A DNA stretch of 64,000 nt, taken from Eledone cirrhosa (Eukaryota). This document shows positions 1 to 12,940 of the stretch, piece by piece; the stretch's first letter is position 1, and each line of letters opens with the position of its first letter. The notes beneath the pieces were generated by a model. That model saw only the letters and a program-made list of their open reading frames with translations. It was not told where the DNA came from and searched no databases. The position numbers and the translations under genes were made by a program. The stretch spans positions 286,688,001 through 286,752,000 of the forward strand of contig OZ024741.1 in the NCBI GenBank assembly GCA_964016885.1. Reading direction: 5' to 3'.

Positions 1-100
1 TGTTATTGCCTCCTCCTTAGTGAGGACGCCTTTTTATGTAAACTCCCCCCCATTGTACTTGTCCCACTCTTTGATGCCCTGGTGGCAAATAAAAAGAAAG
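1..100 (+). mobile_element. 3' end of a Tx1/L1-like LINE, cut by the window edge
   Basis: Ends ...ccctggtggcaaataaaaagaaag, matching the 3' end of the element at 23715-23795 (...cccttgtggcaaataaagaaa); followed by (ATCT)n. Confidence 0.65.
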
Positions 101-119
101 TTATCTATCTATCTATCTA

Positions 120-288
120 TCTATATATTTTAATCTAGCTGTCGTCTGTTCGATAGCGTAGACGTAATTCACTTCGCGCAGAAGTTTTGTTCCAATTTAT
201 TGCGGAAATTTTGTAAGTTTAATTTTAATTTTGATACTATTGTGTAGCTTGACCCCCCGTCTGAACTGTCAGGCGGTGGGTCAGTTAT
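120..288 (+). mobile_element. Possible short non-autonomous Helitron-like element
   Basis: Starts TCTATATA; ends in GC-rich hairpin tgacccccc-gtctga..tcaggc-ggtgggtca followed by a degenerate CTAG-like end. Confidence 0.3.
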
Positions 289-305
289 CTATATATATAT
301 ATATA

Positions 306-1224
306 TAATTTCAGCGAGATTGTATTTCGGCGGTGGCCAAAACAAAACGAAACGTAATCTTCGAGATATGCAGGCAAGAGCTCAATGGACTAAGAAGAAA
401 GCAGGGCAAATAACATGCGTTATAAAGGCCAGACACATTGAAAACAGTGGTTGTGAAGTCACAAGCCACGGTAGCCGAAAAAACGAACAAGCTAAACAAG
501 TTAACAAATAATTACCTACTTGGTCTTCCCGGAAAGTGGTGGTAAAATCCAATGGGAGGTTTCTGTGACTCTAAGTCAAGTATACTGTCTGCTTTCGTTG
601 TAAGCTTTTGGTGTAAAGATCGAACAAGGTAGCAATTTCGTCAACAGGTTTTCTGTTCTCAACCGCCTACCGGGTTCCAATGAACAGTGAAGTTACTACC
701 CTACATGGTTACTCTGCAAAGGAGGTAACCCCGGTTTTTGGCGGGTGCATTCAAAATGTGTAAAGGAATTGCAAAAAACTGCATAAATCGAAGCTCTCGA
801 CCGAATTGTTTTTAAATAAACTTAAGCAATTAATTAGTCAATAGAATTGTCTAATTGAATTAACTAATTAATTGCTAGGCCCGGGAGATTAATACAAATA
901 TAATTACAGCGAGATTTTATTTCGTAAAAGTGACTATTATACAAATATAATTACAGCGAGATTTTATTTCGTAAAAGTGACTATTACGTCAAGATGAAAA
1001 ATATTTAACGTAAGATATGGGAATATAATTCAATCCCAATTCAAAACAAGTCAAGACCTGAAATTTTAACCACAGATTTTGTGTAATCCAGAGAAAAAAC
1101 CAATAGAATCTTAACTCAAAATAAAATTAAGAGTAAATACTTATCCGTCAATTTGGAAAAATCTACAAATGCACTATATAGTCTTAAAAAGACTATTTCA
1201 CGAAACTTTTCAGTGGGGTTAGTC

Positions 1225-1271
<47 letters not shown>

Positions 1272-1460
1272 CAGCGAGAATCGTATTTCGGCTGGTAGAA
1301 AAAGCGAAACGAAACGCAAAATCGTAGAAATGCTGGCAAGCGCTCAATAGTTAAAAAACCAGAGCTAAACAATGTTAAAACGCCATACAAACTGAAAAAG
1401 TGGTTAAGAAGGCATTAACCACCTAAGCCAAAAAACAAATCAAGCTAAACAAGTCAAACA
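306..1460. repeat. Diverged direct repeats (306-510 and 1266-1460) plus a ~48-bp tandem duplication (892-987) sharing the taatt(c/a)cagcgaga start
   Basis: aattcagcgaga..gtatttcggc..aaacgaaacg..ggcaag.gctcaat occurs in both copies, each right after a (TA)n run. Confidence 0.6.
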
Positions 1461-1495
1461 AAATAAATGATAAATGATATATATATATATACATA

Positions 1496-2292
1496 TCATC
1501 ATCATCATCATCGTTTAACGTCCATCTTCCACGGGTTTGGACGGGAATTTTCCCACTTGAGGCAAGATTGATTGTCTTGCTCGTATAGGACTGTCTGGCG
1601 GGTTTTCTACGGCTGGATGCCCTTCCTAACACCAACCACGTTTACAGTGTGGACTGGGAGGTTTTTACCGTGTTACCTACACGGCCACATTACAGCGTGG
1701 TGTGTTTTTTTGTCGTGACACCTACACGACTTCATTTGTTTTGGACTGGATGTTGTGGTACCAACATAACTTTACATCGAAAGAGGTGGTGTGGATGGGG
1801 TGGGGGTAGTAGGACAGGGGTGTATTTTTGTTAAGAGGTGCCTACTGACTAGGCTTCGCTTTGTACTTAGGCAAGGCGGGTCTTCTGTATTACTGTGTAG
1901 CGCCAAAGATCTCGGTCCAGTTACATTGTCTTGGAGAGGTGTAAGTGTGTGAGGTCGGAATTTATCAAGTGGTCCCGGGTTTTTCTGGGTCTGCCTACTC
2001 CGTGGCTACCGTCTATTTTTATCGCCCTGCACTTCTTTATACAGCTGTCGTCTTTCATGCGCATCACGTGACCATACCAACGTAGTCTTCTCTCGAGTAA
2101 ACAACATCTGATCCCTCTTATTCCTAATTTCTCCCTTAGTTCATTTATGCTTTGCCGTTCACGTATATTACTATTACACATCCACCGGAGCATGCAAGCT
2201 TCGTTCCTCTCCAGTCTGCGTATATCCTCTGCACACAATGCCCATGTCTCACTGCCATGTAACATTGTTGTTCGTATACAGGCATCATACAG
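1496..2292 (-). mobile_element. RTE-BovB-like LINE, 3' fragment with (ATG)n tail
   Basis: ORF 1921-2265 MLHGSETW...RRLRWYGHVMR...GRPRKT (RTE C-terminus); 3' UTR matches 48735-49110 and 7495-7640. Confidence 0.9.
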
Positions 2293-2294
2293 CC

Positions 2295-2329
<35 letters not shown>

Positions 2330-2620
2330 ATTGCCTGTATATGTATATGTTCGTATGTACATATATATATGTGTGTGTGTGTGTTTGCAGGCTAGTGTGT
2401 TTATACACTTGTGTCTATGTCATGTATATATATCATCATCATTTTACGTCCGCTTTTCCCTGCTTGTAAGGGTGGGACGGGTCTCATTCAGCACACCATC
2501 TCTCCACTTGTCGCGGTCTTTCGTCATGGTCCTCCGTGAGCTTCAACGATCTGAGATCTGCTCTCACCACCTCCGCCCATGTTTTTCGTATATTTGTATA
2601 TGTATTTGTATATGTATTTG

Positions 2621-2655
<35 letters not shown>

Positions 2656-2674
2656 ACATATATATAGATGTATG

Positions 2675-3065
2675 TACAATATTAAATAAATGGAAAACTA
2701 TATTTATAAAACCATATTTATTTCATTATATATATTTCGGGGATATCATATTAACAATATGCTATGCCTTCATCAGACAAAATACAATATAAACAGTTTT
2801 ATAGATAAATATATTCGACATACCGTAATAAACATCAACTTCATTTGAAGAGGTTTACGCTAGCAGTAAACCTCTGCTAGCGTAAACCTCTTCAAATGAA
2901 GTTGATGTTTATTACGGTATGTCGAATATATTTATCTATAAAACTGTTTATATTGTATTTTGTCTGATGAAGGCATAGCATATTGTTAATATGATATCCC
3001 CGAAATATATATAATGAAATAAATATGGTTTTATAAATATAGTTTTCCATTTATTTAATATTGTA
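2675..3065. repeat. Perfect inverted repeat, 192-bp arms with 7-nt loop; Penelope-type inverted terminal repeat
   Basis: 2675-2866 is the reverse complement of 2874-3065; arm carries a CTGATGA..GAAA hammerhead-like core; related sequence at 16540-16612 and 44716-44840. Confidence 0.9.
2957..3020 (+). ncRNA. Minimal type-I hammerhead ribozyme-like motif (degenerate stem II)
   Basis: ATTTTGT-CTGATGA-stem II-GAAA-TATATA-TA-ATGAAAT; stem I pairs with G.U wobbles; palindromic short stem III; antisense mirror at 2720-2783. Confidence 0.55.
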
Positions 3066-3337
3066 AATATACTCCAAATATTTGTCGAGTGCTTTTATAT
3101 CAGTTATAAATATTTACTAGTTGTAACCCAACAATTTTAAATATAACTTTACATATAGATGTATGTATATATTTTACTTTCTTCTGAATGTATGTGTATA
3201 TGTATGCACGCGTCTTTTTATATATTGCTATTTTTCTTACCTTTCTTTTTCTTATCTATATTTCCCGTTATTTTTCCAGCCTCACTTCCAATTTTAACAG
3301 ATTTTAAATCTCATTTCATAATTTTTATCCATAACAT

Positions 3338-3403
3338 CTCTGTCTGATGATCGATCCAGGCATATTAATATTGTCTGGGATCCAGAAACCTTTGGTAATG
3401 GAG
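3338..3403 (+). ncRNA. Type-I hammerhead ribozyme-like motif
   Basis: CTCTGT-CTGATGA-[GATCC..GGATC stem II]-GAAACC-TTT-GGTA-ATGGAG; GUA cleavage triplet; all three stems can pair. Confidence 0.65.
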
Positions 3404-6400
3404 TAGTTATATTTTGTGTTGTTCATTTTCTAATTATATATATATATATATATATATATAAACACACACATAGTAGGTGGCCTACACCGTGACAGAACAA
3501 TAACCAGCCAATAACAGTAAGTAGAGGATACAACAATATTTTGAATGTATTTATGATCCACCAATTTTGATATCAATAGATTTTTTATAACAGTAAATGC
3601 AATTATTATAAGCGGTTTTGATTGTATATAGAGATTCCTCATATACAAATCCTGAATTTTCATTTATCGTCATCGGAAATGTCAGATAAAAAGCATAAAA
3701 TTTCCTTCCTATTAATTGTTAGTAGTAATTAATCTACAACAGGTGGTTTAAAACAAAGGAAGATAAGTATGACGATAATTAATATAAATATCTAGAGGGA
3801 AAGTCTCGGTCACTCGATTTACTACAGATATTAGCCAAATCTCTTTCAAATCGCACCCTTTTTAATAAATATTTTGAAAGAATACATTGGATAATCATGC
3901 AAAAAGGGTCGATGGACAGGGGGTGGGAACACATTCGATGACGGTTTACTAACCTGAAACTAAACAACCAAAACGTACATATATTTACATGGTAAGATGG
4001 TCCACAAACCTATGCATATAGAAGCCTTCCAGTGCTAAGAGGAAAAATATTGGTAGGGACTTTAAGTCTCCACCAATTTTTTTCCTCTTAACACTAATAT
4101 TTTGTTTCAATACACTTGTGCTTTGGTTTTTACTACACTGATATTCTATTGACTATAAATATGTTAGTATGATCATGTTTTTATTTTTATTTTCTTCTTA
4201 GTCTCGTATTGGTGATACGATATTAGCTCCCTAATTTCCAATCTCGTTTAGCCCAATGGCGAGAACACTGAATCGAAACTTAAGAGATACCGATGAATTT
4301 ATTGAAGAAACATTATATAATAATGAAAATATTAAAACAAGATAAAAACAAAATTAAGTAATGAAAAAAGGGGAAGTGGTAAAGAAGGTCAGATCTGGCT
4401 GTATAGGAAAATAAATAGAAATAATTTTACATGGCGTTGTTAGGGTGCCATCCTCGGAGAGAAAGACCTGAGCCCAATACTGGATTGATACTTTACTTAT
4501 CGACTTCGAAAAGAGGAAAGGCAATTTTGATTATTGTACAAAAAGTTTAAACGTATTTGTGTGTGTGCATTATATATATATACATACATACACACACAAA
4601 CACACATATATATATATACACACACACATAAAATTATAAGTTTGAAGAACAGTCAGATAAAATATACATAACTTTTCTTATTAGTCCGTAGAAATTAACT
4701 AGATAAATAATCATTTAAATGGAGTTAACTTTAAAATGTAAGTTTGAAGAAATAATAGATAAATGTTACCAATATCCTTCTAGTCCCGACTGTCGACAGT
4801 TTCGCTCGTACTTTGAGGAAATGTCTAATCGTTGCATTATCCACGAGGCTTCAAGCTTATCAAGAGACTCTCTCAGTTAGGACCGAAATTTCCCAAGTGA
4901 TCGGTGCCAGTAACGAATTCAAAAAGGGTGAAAATCATCACGTGGCTAGTGGTCAAGATAGAAGTGTTGTGAAGGGTAGACAGGTGGCAAGTAAGTTCAT
5001 TGCTAGAAGAAGCAGTTAATTACCGCCTAAAGTTTACTCAACCGTAAGAACAAAGTCATAAAGAACACACACACACATATATATGTATTTATGATTATGT
5101 TTATATATATGAGTGTAGGCTACCTTCAACGGTGTGGTTCGATGAATGAATAAATTAAACAAATAATTATTAATCAGAGCTACATTAAAATTATAAGTTT
5201 GAAGAACAGTCAGATAAAAGTTACCTAATGGATAGATCTAATCATTCCGATTAACAAATCGTGATGCTAAGCAAAAGCACTCAACGTTGTGTGTATCATC
5301 CATCATTGATGTGACATCACACGATTGGTGCAGGAAATACTTCAAAGAAAAAAGAAAGCCGGATTCCAAATATTCTTTTAATGTTGCAAAATCATTGTTT
5401 GTACCGTACTTTTTTTCCATAAAAATGTCCCAGAAAATCATACGGCTTCTTATAAGGTCAAGAGTCAATGGTGAGTGGAGTTCTAGTGCTGCAGTGGCCC
5501 TTTTATATAAATATTCGAGCGACTTCCGTCCGTCACACAATATCTGTATGTGTGTAAAAGGAAGGAAGAGGATGGTGAAAAAACTATAGCAAGACAGCGG
5601 TTAGGGTTCCATTTGCTATGCTGTGTGAATGTGTATGTGTGTTTATGTAAATGTATGTGTGTGTTTGTGTAAATGTATGCGTGTTTGTGTGAATGTTTAT
5701 AAGTGTGTCTGTTTTTGTGCGTTTATATTTATATACTCATACATAAAAACGTATGCATATGCACATAGACACGCACAGAAATATACACATGCGCACATAA
5801 AATAGCAATTGTTTTGTCATGTGGTGACACGCTGACGCATGTTGAAAAAAATTCTAGTAAATTAAACAGGCGAACATCTCCGCATATGTAAACAAGGTGG
5901 CGATCGCTTCTACACCAAGAGCTACGAATTTTAATAAATTTTATGAATACATTTATTTTCACTTTCTTTGAAAATGTACTAAATATTTCAATAAAAAATA
6001 CAATTTAGAGAATAAAGTAAATTTATTTTCACATTTCCTTACGTTTTAAAAATGTTCTAAAAGATTATAAGTAGAATTACGATGTAGAATGGTAATAAAA
6101 AATACGATGTACAAACTTTACACACTTGATATTCGTAGTTTAAACATTTATTATTATTTAATGCTTGCCCAAATTGAAGAGCGTCTTATAAGACGTCAAG
6201 TATGGTTAGGAGTAGTTGTAGGAAGGTGTGGGTGTTATGTATCTGTACGTGTTGAGGGAGATGGAGGAAAAGTGGTGGTGACTGAAATTCGGAATGGCCG
6301 GAAGGAAATGGATTTAAATGCATTGGAATAACTGGTCATTGTTAGTTGAAAGTTGATATTGTCAATCGTTTGGTGGTAACAGTAATCTTTAGCCTATTCT

Positions 6401-7264
6401 GTGTCAGTGTCTATATTGTAGAGAATAATTAAGATTTAACAGATTTTTTGGCTACTTCAGAGTTATCCTTGTTTTTTTTTAATTCATTTATGTTTCTCTT
6501 TCTTGTTTTACGTGCAAAAATAATTTTTATTACATTTATCTCAGATAGAAATACATACTTATAATCAATAATTTTTTGCTAGGAAACTTATAAATATAAT
6601 ACACTATATACAATTAAAAAAAACCCCCAAAAAACCACCCTGTGTCAATTGGTCACACACCACAAGGGTCATCGGAATTTTTTGAAGCAAGCCAACACAC
6701 TGGCAGAATTACTGCAGGTAATAACAAGGCTAAGGTGCTGAAACAACCAAGCACCCGAACGGGCATTACTTGACACCTTGGTAAGACGAGCTGCTAATGT
6801 TTTTGCATATTTTAGATCAAAGGTTCTCAATCCATTTCGGCCAAACGCCCCCCTACCCTATTTTTCCATTTTTCAATAGACTACTGATTTTAATATCAGT
6901 AGATTACTGGGCCAAATCTTTAAAAATATCTTTAAAAAATACTCGTACGAATTAAATACAAAAAAGTTTCAGTCCAAAACAAAAGTAAGCTATTTCAAAT
7001 TATATATTTAAAAAAAAAAAGACGTGAATGTTCTCAAAGATTTGATCTCGGTCAAAAAAGTTTTTTTTTTAAATTCTATATTTCACTGTTAGCTGTTGTA
7101 ATATTTTGAGTGGATAGAAAATTCTACAATTCAAACTGTAAAGTCGAAATACAAAAGATGCAAAATATGAAAAAATTCTTACCTTTCTCTTGAATCACAA
7201 ACTCAAGCGAAAAATAGTACCTTGCAAAATAAAGTGCATCGATCACAAATTTAGTTGCAACGAA

Positions 7265-7312
7265 TGAATTGAGATGCTTGGTGACATCACTGTCACCAAG
7301 CATCTCAATTCA
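7265..7312. other. Perfect 22-bp hairpin with 4-nt loop
   Basis: tgaattgagatgcttggtgaca-tcac-tgtcaccaagcatctcaattca. Confidence 0.85.
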
Positions 7313-7494
7313 ATATCTGTATGCCTTATATATATATACATAGATAGATACACACACAAACAAACAAACTTGTGTGCCTTGTTTTTGGTACAGAAAGAAT
7401 TTTGTCTCCAGCTTTTATTGCTGGGTCAAAGGTCAATGCTCTTTCAACAACGTCAAATAACAACGCCATATATATATATATATATATATATATA

Positions 7495-10400
7495 ATCATC
7501 ATCATCGTTTAACGTCTATCTTCCATGCTAGCATGGGAATTGTCCCACTTGAGGCAAGATTGGTCGTCTCGCTCGTATGGGACTGTCTGGCAGGTTTTCT
7601 ACGGCTGGATGCCCTTCCTAACACCAACTTCATTTACAGTGAGTGTTGGGTGCTTTTTTCCGTGGCGCCTACACGTCGACTTTACAGTGTGGGCTGGGTG
7701 CTTTTTTGCTGTGGCACCTCCACGACCACTTTGCAGTGGGAGGGTGTGGGGCATATTGTCTATATGCTTCAGCTTGTACGCATGGGAGGTTGGGTACTCT
7801 GTATTACTGCGTGACGCCAGAGGTCACGGTCGTGTGTCATCGCCTTTGAGGTGTAATTGGGTAAGGTCGGCTTTTATCACCTCATCTCAGGTCTTCTTGG
7901 GTCTCCCCACTCCGCGGTTTCCATTGACTTCTAGTGCTCTGCACCTTTTTATGCAGCTGTCATCCTTCATACGCATCACGTCCATACCAACGCAACCGCC
8001 TCTCCTGCACACTGCATTTGATTCCTCTTATGCTCAGTCTCTCTCTCAATTCATTTATGCTTTGCCGTTCGCGTATATTACTATTACACATCCATCGGAG
8101 CATGCAGGCTTCGTTTCTTTCTAATCTACGTAAGTCTTCCACCTTCAGCGCCCAGGTCTCACTACCATGTAACATTACTGTTCGTATACACGCATCATAC
8201 AGTCTGCCTTTCATTTTGAGAGAGAAGCCTTTTGCAGCTAGCAGTGGCAGTAGTTCCCTGACTTCTTCCATCCCGTTCTTACCCTAGTTATTTTACTTTC
8301 TGAACACCCACCTCCGCTGCTAATTCGGTCACCTAGGTAGCAGAAGCTGTCTACTGTTTCTACAGAGCCCTCCCAGAGATTGGTGGTACTTGTTTCCTGC
8401 TTGCTGTCCCAGCACAGCTGCTACATGTGAAGCCTACATTCTTAATTAAGCTTCCTGAAATCCCGCTATATCTCTTGTGTACCCATTGTTTGCATTTGGA
8501 GCAGAGAACGGAGTTCCTACATACTGAGCAAGGCCATTTCCCCGAGATCTGGGTTCTGTTTTCTAGTCTACTTACAAGGACCTTAGTCTTTGGCAGGTTG
8601 ACTTTGAGACCCTTTCTTTCTAGTCCCTGCTTCCAAGTTTGGAATTTCTTCTCTAGTTCTACCATAGATTCAGCTATAAGTGCGAAGTCATCTGCATACA
8701 GGAGTTCCCATGGGCATCCGGTCTTAAACTCCTCCGTTATTGCCTGCAGGACTATGATGAACAGGAGAGGGCTAAGAACAGAGCCCTGGTGGACACCAAC
8801 CTGTACGATAAATTCCTCGCTATACTCATTGCTAATCCTAACTCTGCTGACTGCTCCCCTATACATGGCTTGTACAGCTTTCACAAGCCATTCATCTACT
8901 CCTAGTTTTCTAAGAGTCCACCAGATTATAGCATGTGGAACTCTATCAAAGGCTTTCTCGAGATCGACGAATGCCAGGTAGAGTGGCTTACTTTTAGCTA
9001 GGTACTTTTCCTGTAACCGCCTCACAAAGAAGAGGGCATCAGTGGTGCCTCTTCCTGGTACAAACCCAAATTGCATCTCATCTAGTTTCACCTGGTCCCT
9101 AATCAACTGTGCTATAACTCTTTCTATTACTTTCATGACCTGGTCCATCAGCTTTATACCTCTATAGTTTCCTCTATCTAGTGCATCACCTTTACCTTTG
9201 TAGCAGTTGACAATGATGCTACTGCACCAATCTTTTGGTATGACACCTTCTAGTATTACCTGGTTAACAATACGTGTGGTTATAGTGTGACCTACAGACC
9301 CAGATGCCTTCAGCATCTCGGTAGCTATACCCGATGGACCGGTTGCCTTCCCCGTCTTCATATCTTTGATTGCTTTACTTACTACGCTGCTGCTGACTTG
9401 TACTGCTGGCCCCTCTATAGGGTCTACTTGGGGTAGGGTCTCTTCTTCCCATGCATTCTCCTCATTTAGTAATCTATCATAATGGCTCTTCCATGCATCT
9501 TTCTTCTCAGCACTTGTGAGGGCAAGCTCACCTTTATCATTCCAGATACACTTCTCTCCAATGACATCACAATTCTCTCTCACACATCATCATCATCATC
9601 ACAATCATCGTTTAACATCCATCTTCCACGCTAGCCCTGCTTCCCCTGTTCTTCCATTCTTTCCATGCCTGTCTCTTGGCCTTAACTGCCTCATCTACCT
9701 TATTGTTCCACCACCAAGTCACTCTCCTCCTGCTTGTGGTCTTACTCCAGCCACAGATCTCATCCGTCGCCTCTAGTAAGTTATTTTTTAGGAACTCCCA
9801 GTGCTCTTCTACATTGAATGTCTCTATCTGTTCTTCTTTACTGTGGTAGGCGTTGAGTAAAATATCTTTAAATCTGTTACTGGCTGAGGGGTCTTTCAGC
9901 TTCCAGATCTTTCTTCTCCAGGTTTGTCTAGTCCTGACCGTGAGGTCGCTGACAATTAAGCTATGTTGAGAAGTACATTCTTCACTAGGGAAGGCTTTTG
10001 TGTTTACAACCGTCCATCTGTCACGTCCTCTGATGAGGATAAAATCTATGACTAGAATGCTCCCCTGATCTATAGGTGATCAGGTGGTTGTTGGTTTTTT
10101 GAAGTTTGTGTTACATATCAACATGTCATTGGCGTTGCAGAATTCTAGAAGCCTGAATCCTTCTTCATTTCTTGTGCCAACCCCATGGCCTCCATGGACT
10201 CTATTGAAGCCGTCACAGTGTTTACCTACGTGTCCGTTAAAATCTCCTGCGATGATTAGGAAGTCATTGTCGTTTGTTAGAGCAATAGTTGCATTAGGGA
10301 CTTGTAAAACCTATCCTTAAGTTCGTCTGGCAACCCCAATTGGGTGTGTAAGCTGATATTATTGTGGTAATTGTTTTATTCAGGACTAGTCTGAATTTAA

Positions 10401-10720
10401 TGATTCTTGCATTTACCCTGTACACTGAGATTATTTTATCTACGCACTTGTCAGCTAGTAGAATACCTACACCACCCATCCCATCATCATTTCCCACCTA
10501 GAAAAATTTGTAGCACTGACTTTTTCCTACAAGGACTCTAGCAGACTCTCCTCTCCGTCTAGTCTCTTGCACACAGCATACATCAATTTCCTTTCGCTCT
10601 AGCATCTCTACGATTTCTCCTGCTCTTCCTTTCATTGTGCTTACATTGATGGTACCAACTCGGAGTTTTGGGCATTTGTGAGGTAGGTAGCCAAATCATG
10701 GCCTGTAGCATCTCATGGCA
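7495..10720 (-). mobile_element. Near full-length RTE-BovB-like LINE (APE + RT + Cys-rich region), frameshifted
   Basis: RT motifs NYRGIKL, QFGFVPGRGTTDA, AFVDLEKAFD, GVHQGSVLSP, LLYADD (8360-9583); APE motifs VGTINVSTM, GGVGILL, AGDFNGHVG; (ATG)n tail. Confidence 0.95.
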
Positions 10721-11315
10721 AAATAGACGGATAGGAGTAGATGACTTTGAAGAGAAAGCGAACTGATGAATAAAACAATACTAATAATAGAGAGAGGAGG
10801 AGAGTAGATGACTTCGTAGAGAGGTAGCATGGTAGAGAAAATGAGGGTAAAAAATAAAATGTGTAGTGAAGTGATAAATACAGCAATAATTGTGTGAGCA
10901 GAACATTTGCAATTGGGGAAATAGAGGGATACCTGGAAGATTTGTATGGATGGATGACTGGAACGTGGTTAGCAGCTTTAGTGATTCATTTTAACCTTTC
11001 AGAGTCAAGTGTGTCTTATCTCTTCAAGAACTTCAAGATGAGTGATGAAGGAATGGGTGAGAGGGAAAGGGAGGTAATAGGTGGCTTAGAGATAGATAGA
11101 GAGAGGGAGAGAGAGAGGGGGTAGCCCTCATAGAGAGAGAGAGAGAGAGAGAGAGAGGGTCGCCGTCATGGCAAAATAACCAATAGGAGTGAATACAACA
11201 ACACTAATAATAGAGTAAGAGAGAGGAAGAGAGTAGATGACTATATATATTGACAGGAAGAGAGTAGATGACTATATATATTGGAAAATGTGTGAGATCC
11301 TTGGTACAGTTAGGT

Positions 11316-12094
11316 ATATTTGAAAAAAAAGGAAAAGAATGACTTCACAATATTATGAGTTGGTAGATCCAGTAAGTTCTTTGTTAACTTCAGTGGGAAG
11401 AATTTTAGAGATTCCTGGTTAACTTGGGTTGGAGAACTTTCTCCCATTCATCTGTCTGTGGTGATTGTCAAACTGAGATCAGGTTGTTGAAATGTGTGAC
11501 TATATATAAGAGAGATTTGGATGTGTCTGGGGTGTGGCATGTGGTGTTAATGAGTGTTGATGATGATGAAGGTCCTGAGGAATTAAAGTATACATACACA
11601 CACGTACACATACACACACACATATATATACACTCAGAAAATGGTGAGGTTGTAAGATAAGGGTGTTTGAGAAGGTAGTCGTAAACCTACTCTCCTGCTG
11701 GTTTTATTTCATTAGCTGACCTTTGATGAGTTTATAATGGCATAGCTGAATCAACTCTTCTCTTCGAAATCCATAAAGAATATCTTCTACAGATTTCTAT
11801 ATCAAAGATGAATTTAGGTGCTTGTCTGGGTTTTAATGAGGTCTTTTGATAAGAATGGGATGACAGGAAAAAGAGAAAAGAAGGATAGTTTGGGAATATT
11901 TGTCAAAGATGTATTGTTGATATTGGTCTCCCAGACTACACACGTTAACCAGGAATCTCTAAAATTCTTCCCACCGAAGTTAACAAAGAACTTACTGGAT
12001 CTACCAACTCATAATATTATAATATTATATTATGACATTAAATCATAAAATTTGTTAACACAAGGGAAGTCATTCTTTTCCTTTTTTTCAAATA
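11316..12094. repeat. Inverted repeat pair (11316-11425 vs ~11946-12094), probably a Penelope-type remnant
   Basis: aatattatgagttggtagatccagtaagttctttgttaacttc..ctggttaac mirrored by gttaaccag..gaagttaacaaagaacttactggatctaccaactcataatatt. Confidence 0.7.
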
Positions 12095-12207
12095 TATATA
12101 TATATATGCGTATATATATGTATATATATATATATAGAGAGAGAGAGATAGAGAGTAAGAAATGTGTGTGTGTTTGGTACACGTCTATCCATCTATCATC
12201 TCTCCAA

Positions 12208-12594
12208 CAGGAGGCTCAAACATACGGCCCGTGGACTACTTTTCTATGGCCCGTGGTAGAAACAATATTTCAGATTCCTTTATAACTGGTGAAAATAAGG
12301 CGGTGAGCTGGTGGAATCGTTAGCACATCTGGCGAAATGCTTAGCGATACTTCTTCCGTTTTTACGTTCCGAGTTCAACTTTGCCTTTCATCCTTTTGGG
12401 GTCGATAAATTAAGTACCGGTTGTGAACTGGGATCGATGTAATCGACGGGACCCTAAACCCTAAATTTCATGCCTTGTGCCTATAGTAGAAATGATTATA
12501 ACTGGTGAAAATCATCACCCACCACCACGTTTGGCCCAGTGCCTCTCCTCCAGGACGTAATGGCCCTTTTATGTCCTTCAGTTTGAGACCCCTC
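12208..12594. mobile_element. hAT-type MITE interrupted by a SINE
   Basis: Termini caggaggctcaaac / gtttgagacccct; subterminal cggcccg motifs. Confidence 0.55.
12297..12495 (+). mobile_element. tRNA-derived SINE with 17-bp TSD
   Basis: A/B-box-like head (ggcggtgagctgg..gagttcaa), core tttcatcctt..ggggtcgataaa..gtacc; TSD ttataactggtgaaaat at 12280-12296 and 12496-12512. Confidence 0.85.
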
Positions 12595-12897
12595 TTCTAC
12601 ACACACACACACACACACATATAGACACTTTACTTTTTTTCTGTCTATGGACTACGCCCATGCTGGAGCATCACCTTGGTAAGTTATGGGGACATCAACA
12701 AACCAACAAGCATTGGTGGGAGGGCAAACACAAATGCAAATACACACACAGACATATATACATATATACGACGCGCTTCTTTTAGTTTCGGTCTATCAAA
12801 TCCACTCACAGGGCTTTGGTCAGCCCAGGCAGTGGGACTGAACCCAGAAACATGTGGTTGGGAAGCAAGCTTCTTGTCACACTGCGCATATATATAC

Positions 12898-12940
<43 letters not shown>

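Noticed and set aside
4780-5560. Hammerhead stem III-like GAAACTGTCGACAGTC on the minus strand, and nearby short ORFs
   Set aside because: No correctly spaced CUGANGA; region looks like a heavily eroded mariner remnant that I cannot bound
11715-11755. TTGATGAGTTAT..ATAGCTGAA hammerhead-like string
   Set aside because: Core mutated on both sides and no stem III
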